From NCBI RefSeq assembly GCF_009834535.1, contig NC_045696.1, positions 8,496,001-8,560,000 of the forward strand: DNA of 64,000 nucleotides, read 5' to 3'. The notes under the pieces were generated by a model that was not told the origin of the DNA, did not search any database, and saw only the letters and a list, made by a program, of their open reading frames with translations. Origin of the DNA: Camelus ferus. Lineage: Eukaryota. Positions 61,429-64,000 of the stretch are shown here, piece by piece. A program made the position numbers and the translations under genes. How positions within the stretch are numbered: the stretch's first letter is position 1; each line of letters opens with the position of its first letter.

Positions 61429-61833
61429 AAATTGTGGGGAAATTCATATAACATGAAATTAACCATTTTAAAGAATTCATTGGCACAACATTGTATTACC
61501 ACCAGCTCTATCTAGCTCCAAAGCATTCTCATCACCCCAAAAGTCCATCCTGCACCCACCAAAGAGTCTTTCCTCATGCCCCCTCCCTCCAGCCCCTGGC
61601 GATCACAAGTCTGCTTTCTGTGTCTATGATTTAGCCTGTTCTGGGCATTTCATGCAAATGAAATCATGCAACATGTGGTTTTTGTGTCTGGCTTTCTTCA
61701 CTTAGCCTCATGTTTCAAGGTTCACCCATGTTGTAGCATGTGTCAGAACATCTTTTCTTTTTTTTTTTTTAATGAATGAACCCAACTGTTCATCAGTGGA
61801 TGGATGGATAAACACATTGTGGTGCATACATAC
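61429..61833 (-). mobile_element. L1MB-like 3' end with a short inverted 5' segment (61781-61833)
   Basis: AAATTCATATAACATGAAATTAACCATTTTAAAG..CAAGGTTCACCCATGTTGTAGCATGTGTCAG, then the sense-oriented CCCAACTGTTCATCAGTGGATGG..ATAAACACATTGTGGT. Confidence 0.85.
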
Positions 61834-63076
61834 CAACTCACTTTTACATGATTTTTAAATGATCTCCACAAATGGAGGAGATGACACATAGGACCAGAGC
61901 TTCCATATCTTACTTTGAATGAGATTATCTGACAAAATTACTGTGGACTAAAAAGACCAAGGAAAATTGTAGTGTAGAGGGGACTCTCAAACTACAGAGA
62001 GATGGTGGAGGGATGAGGAGGGGAAGAGCCAACTGCGATTTAGAAGACTTGTTTGAGTGCTAGGAAGTTATCCCTCCAGGATCTTTGATTAAGTGCAACG
62101 TTGCGCTACTGAATGTAGAATCAAAACATTCACATGCTTGTTCTCACAGATGAGCGGGCTAAACAGGATCTGGGTGGAAGAAGGTCTGCCTTTTTTTTTT
62201 TTTTTTTTAACCCAGCGCCCTCTGGACCAGGTCTGCCCTGGATAAGTAGTTTAGTTGCAGAGTACCTCACCTCACCAGCCCCAGTTGGGTATAAGGGATG
62301 CTGCTGATGGGAGCTCTCCTGTGTGACTGCCTGTGATCACACTTACCACAGATGCACGGTCTACACTGAGGTGAGTTGTTTCCACTTTTAATGTGGGACA
62401 GCCTTTGGAAGGAAATAGTCCAAGAGTCAAGGAGACAGATTTCCCTCTTCATCTTTATTGAGACTTAATTTGCTGGCAATTACAGTGTCTTTACCATACA
62501 CTTAGAGTTTCATTCATTTACACTCCAGGAAGAAGGATGACTCTTTATAACTTTTTAATTTAAATTATTGATGCTTAAAACCATTTCCTGCTTTCTCAGC
62601 TTTGGTAATTGACTATTCAAGACAGGTGTGGGTTTGAGAAAGCCGTTTAGTTGGCATGAGGAGTGATGACTACAGGGAGCAGGCTGTTAATTTAACCCAC
62701 AGATAATTATGAGCCATGTAGAACTCTAATATCTGCATTGGAGTACACAACTGGCTCCCAAAGTGCAGCTATTTTCTCTAGAAGCCAATGCCGGGGTTGG
62801 GACATGAGTGATCTCCGTAGGTGTATGTTTGGGGTTTCTAAAGTAGACACTGAAGTACAAGTACAAGTACACTTCCTCTACCTCCTCTTTCCTCTGTACT
62901 TCCTGTAGGCATCCACAGTGGTAAAATCTTGTACCAAATTCTTCTTGTAAGAGGTTTGCTCTTAGGAAGACCAAATAGCAACAGGTACAGGGGACAGATG
63001 GGCAAAGGTAATTCACGTGAGGCAAGATGTGCAGCCGTCAAAATCTAAAAAACTTAAATTAGAAATGATCAGATTT

Positions 63077-63891
63077 TTAAAAAGCATTTTTTAATTGAGT
63101 TATAGTCATTTTACAATGTTGTGTCAAATTCCAGTGTAGAGCACAATTTTTCAGTTATACATGAACATACGTGTATTCATTGTTACATTTTTTTCCTCTG
63201 TGAGCTACCACAAGATCTTGTATATATTTCCCTGTGCTATACAGTATAATCTTGTTTATCTATTCTGCATATGCCTGTCAGTATCTACAAATTTTGAACT
63301 TCCAGTCTGTCCCTTCCCACCTCCCGCCCCCTTGGCAACCACCAGTTTGTTTTCTATGTCTATGAGTCTGTTTCTGTTCTGTATTTATGTTCTTTTTTTC
63401 TTTTTTTAAGATTCAACATATGAATGATCTCATATGGTATTTTTCTTTCTCCTTCTGATTTATTTCACTCAGAATGACATTCTCTAGGGACATCCATGTT
63501 GCTGCAAATGGTGTTATGTTGTCATTTTTATGGCTAAATAGTATTCCATTGTAAAATATGCCACATCTTCTTTATCTAGTTATCTGTTGATGGACATTTA
63601 GTCTTTTTCCATGTCTTGGCTATTGTAAATAGTGCTACTATGAACATTGGGGTGCAGGTGTCATTTTGAAGCAGGGTTCCTTTTGGTTGTATGCCCAGGC
63701 ATGGGATTACTGGGTCATATGGTAAGTCTATTCCTAGTCTTTTGAGGAATCTCCATACTGTTTTCCACAGTGGCTGCATCAAGCTGCATTCCCACCAGCA
63801 GTGTAGGAGGGTTCCCTTTTCTCCACAGCCTCTCCAGTATTTGTCATTTGTGGACTTTTGAATGATGGCCATTCTGACTGGTGTGAGGTGA
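63077..63891 (-). mobile_element. Young 5'-truncated L1 with a 15-bp TSD
   Basis: ORF 63576-63872 reads [17 protein letters not shown]...[15 protein letters not shown] (ORF2 cysteine-rich C-terminus). TSD is GAAATGATCAGATTT (63062-63076) / GAAATGCTCAGATTT (63893-63907). Confidence 0.95.
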
Positions 63892-64000
63892 GGAAATGCT
63901 CAGATTTGGGATTAGATACGTCACTTTATTAGAGAGAGAGAGCAGGGCATGGCGTGAGTTCGGCAAACATTTTGAGAGAGTATACTATGTTTCGGGAGAT

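Overview
This is mammalian genomic DNA, not prokaryotic. It is intronic or intergenic and contains no full protein-coding gene, RNA gene or CRISPR array that I can support. Much of the window is interspersed repeats: L1, L2, L3/CR1, MIR, MaLR/ERVL LTRs (MLT1A-H, MLT2, LTR33/LTR16-like) and DNA transposons (MER5A, MER33, MER44, MER58), plus microsatellites. Family names come from my recall of consensus sequences, not from a RepeatMasker run. The young L1 3' ends look cetartiodactyl, and I see no Alu, Bov-tA/BovB, PRE1 or CHR-2 SINEs, so a camelid genome is my best guess (inference). The ORF track is essentially noise, apart from L1 ORF2 C-terminal remnants. I found no evidence of a new biological system. 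The best leads are: (1) a compact + strand promoter and first coding exon candidate at ~20.64-20.85 kb, with a GC box, TATAAAA, an ATG-free leader, a strong-Kozak ATG and a CAG|GTGAGC donor; (2) a second CpG-rich first-exon candidate at ~29.0-29.15 kb; (3) a young L1 split into two inverted, consensus-contiguous halves around a ~50-bp non-L1 spacer at 43.75-44.61 kb; (4) several repeat-free, CpG-retaining, motif-dense blocks that look like enhancers; and (5) an ancient L3/CR1 fossil that still shows reverse-transcriptase motifs.
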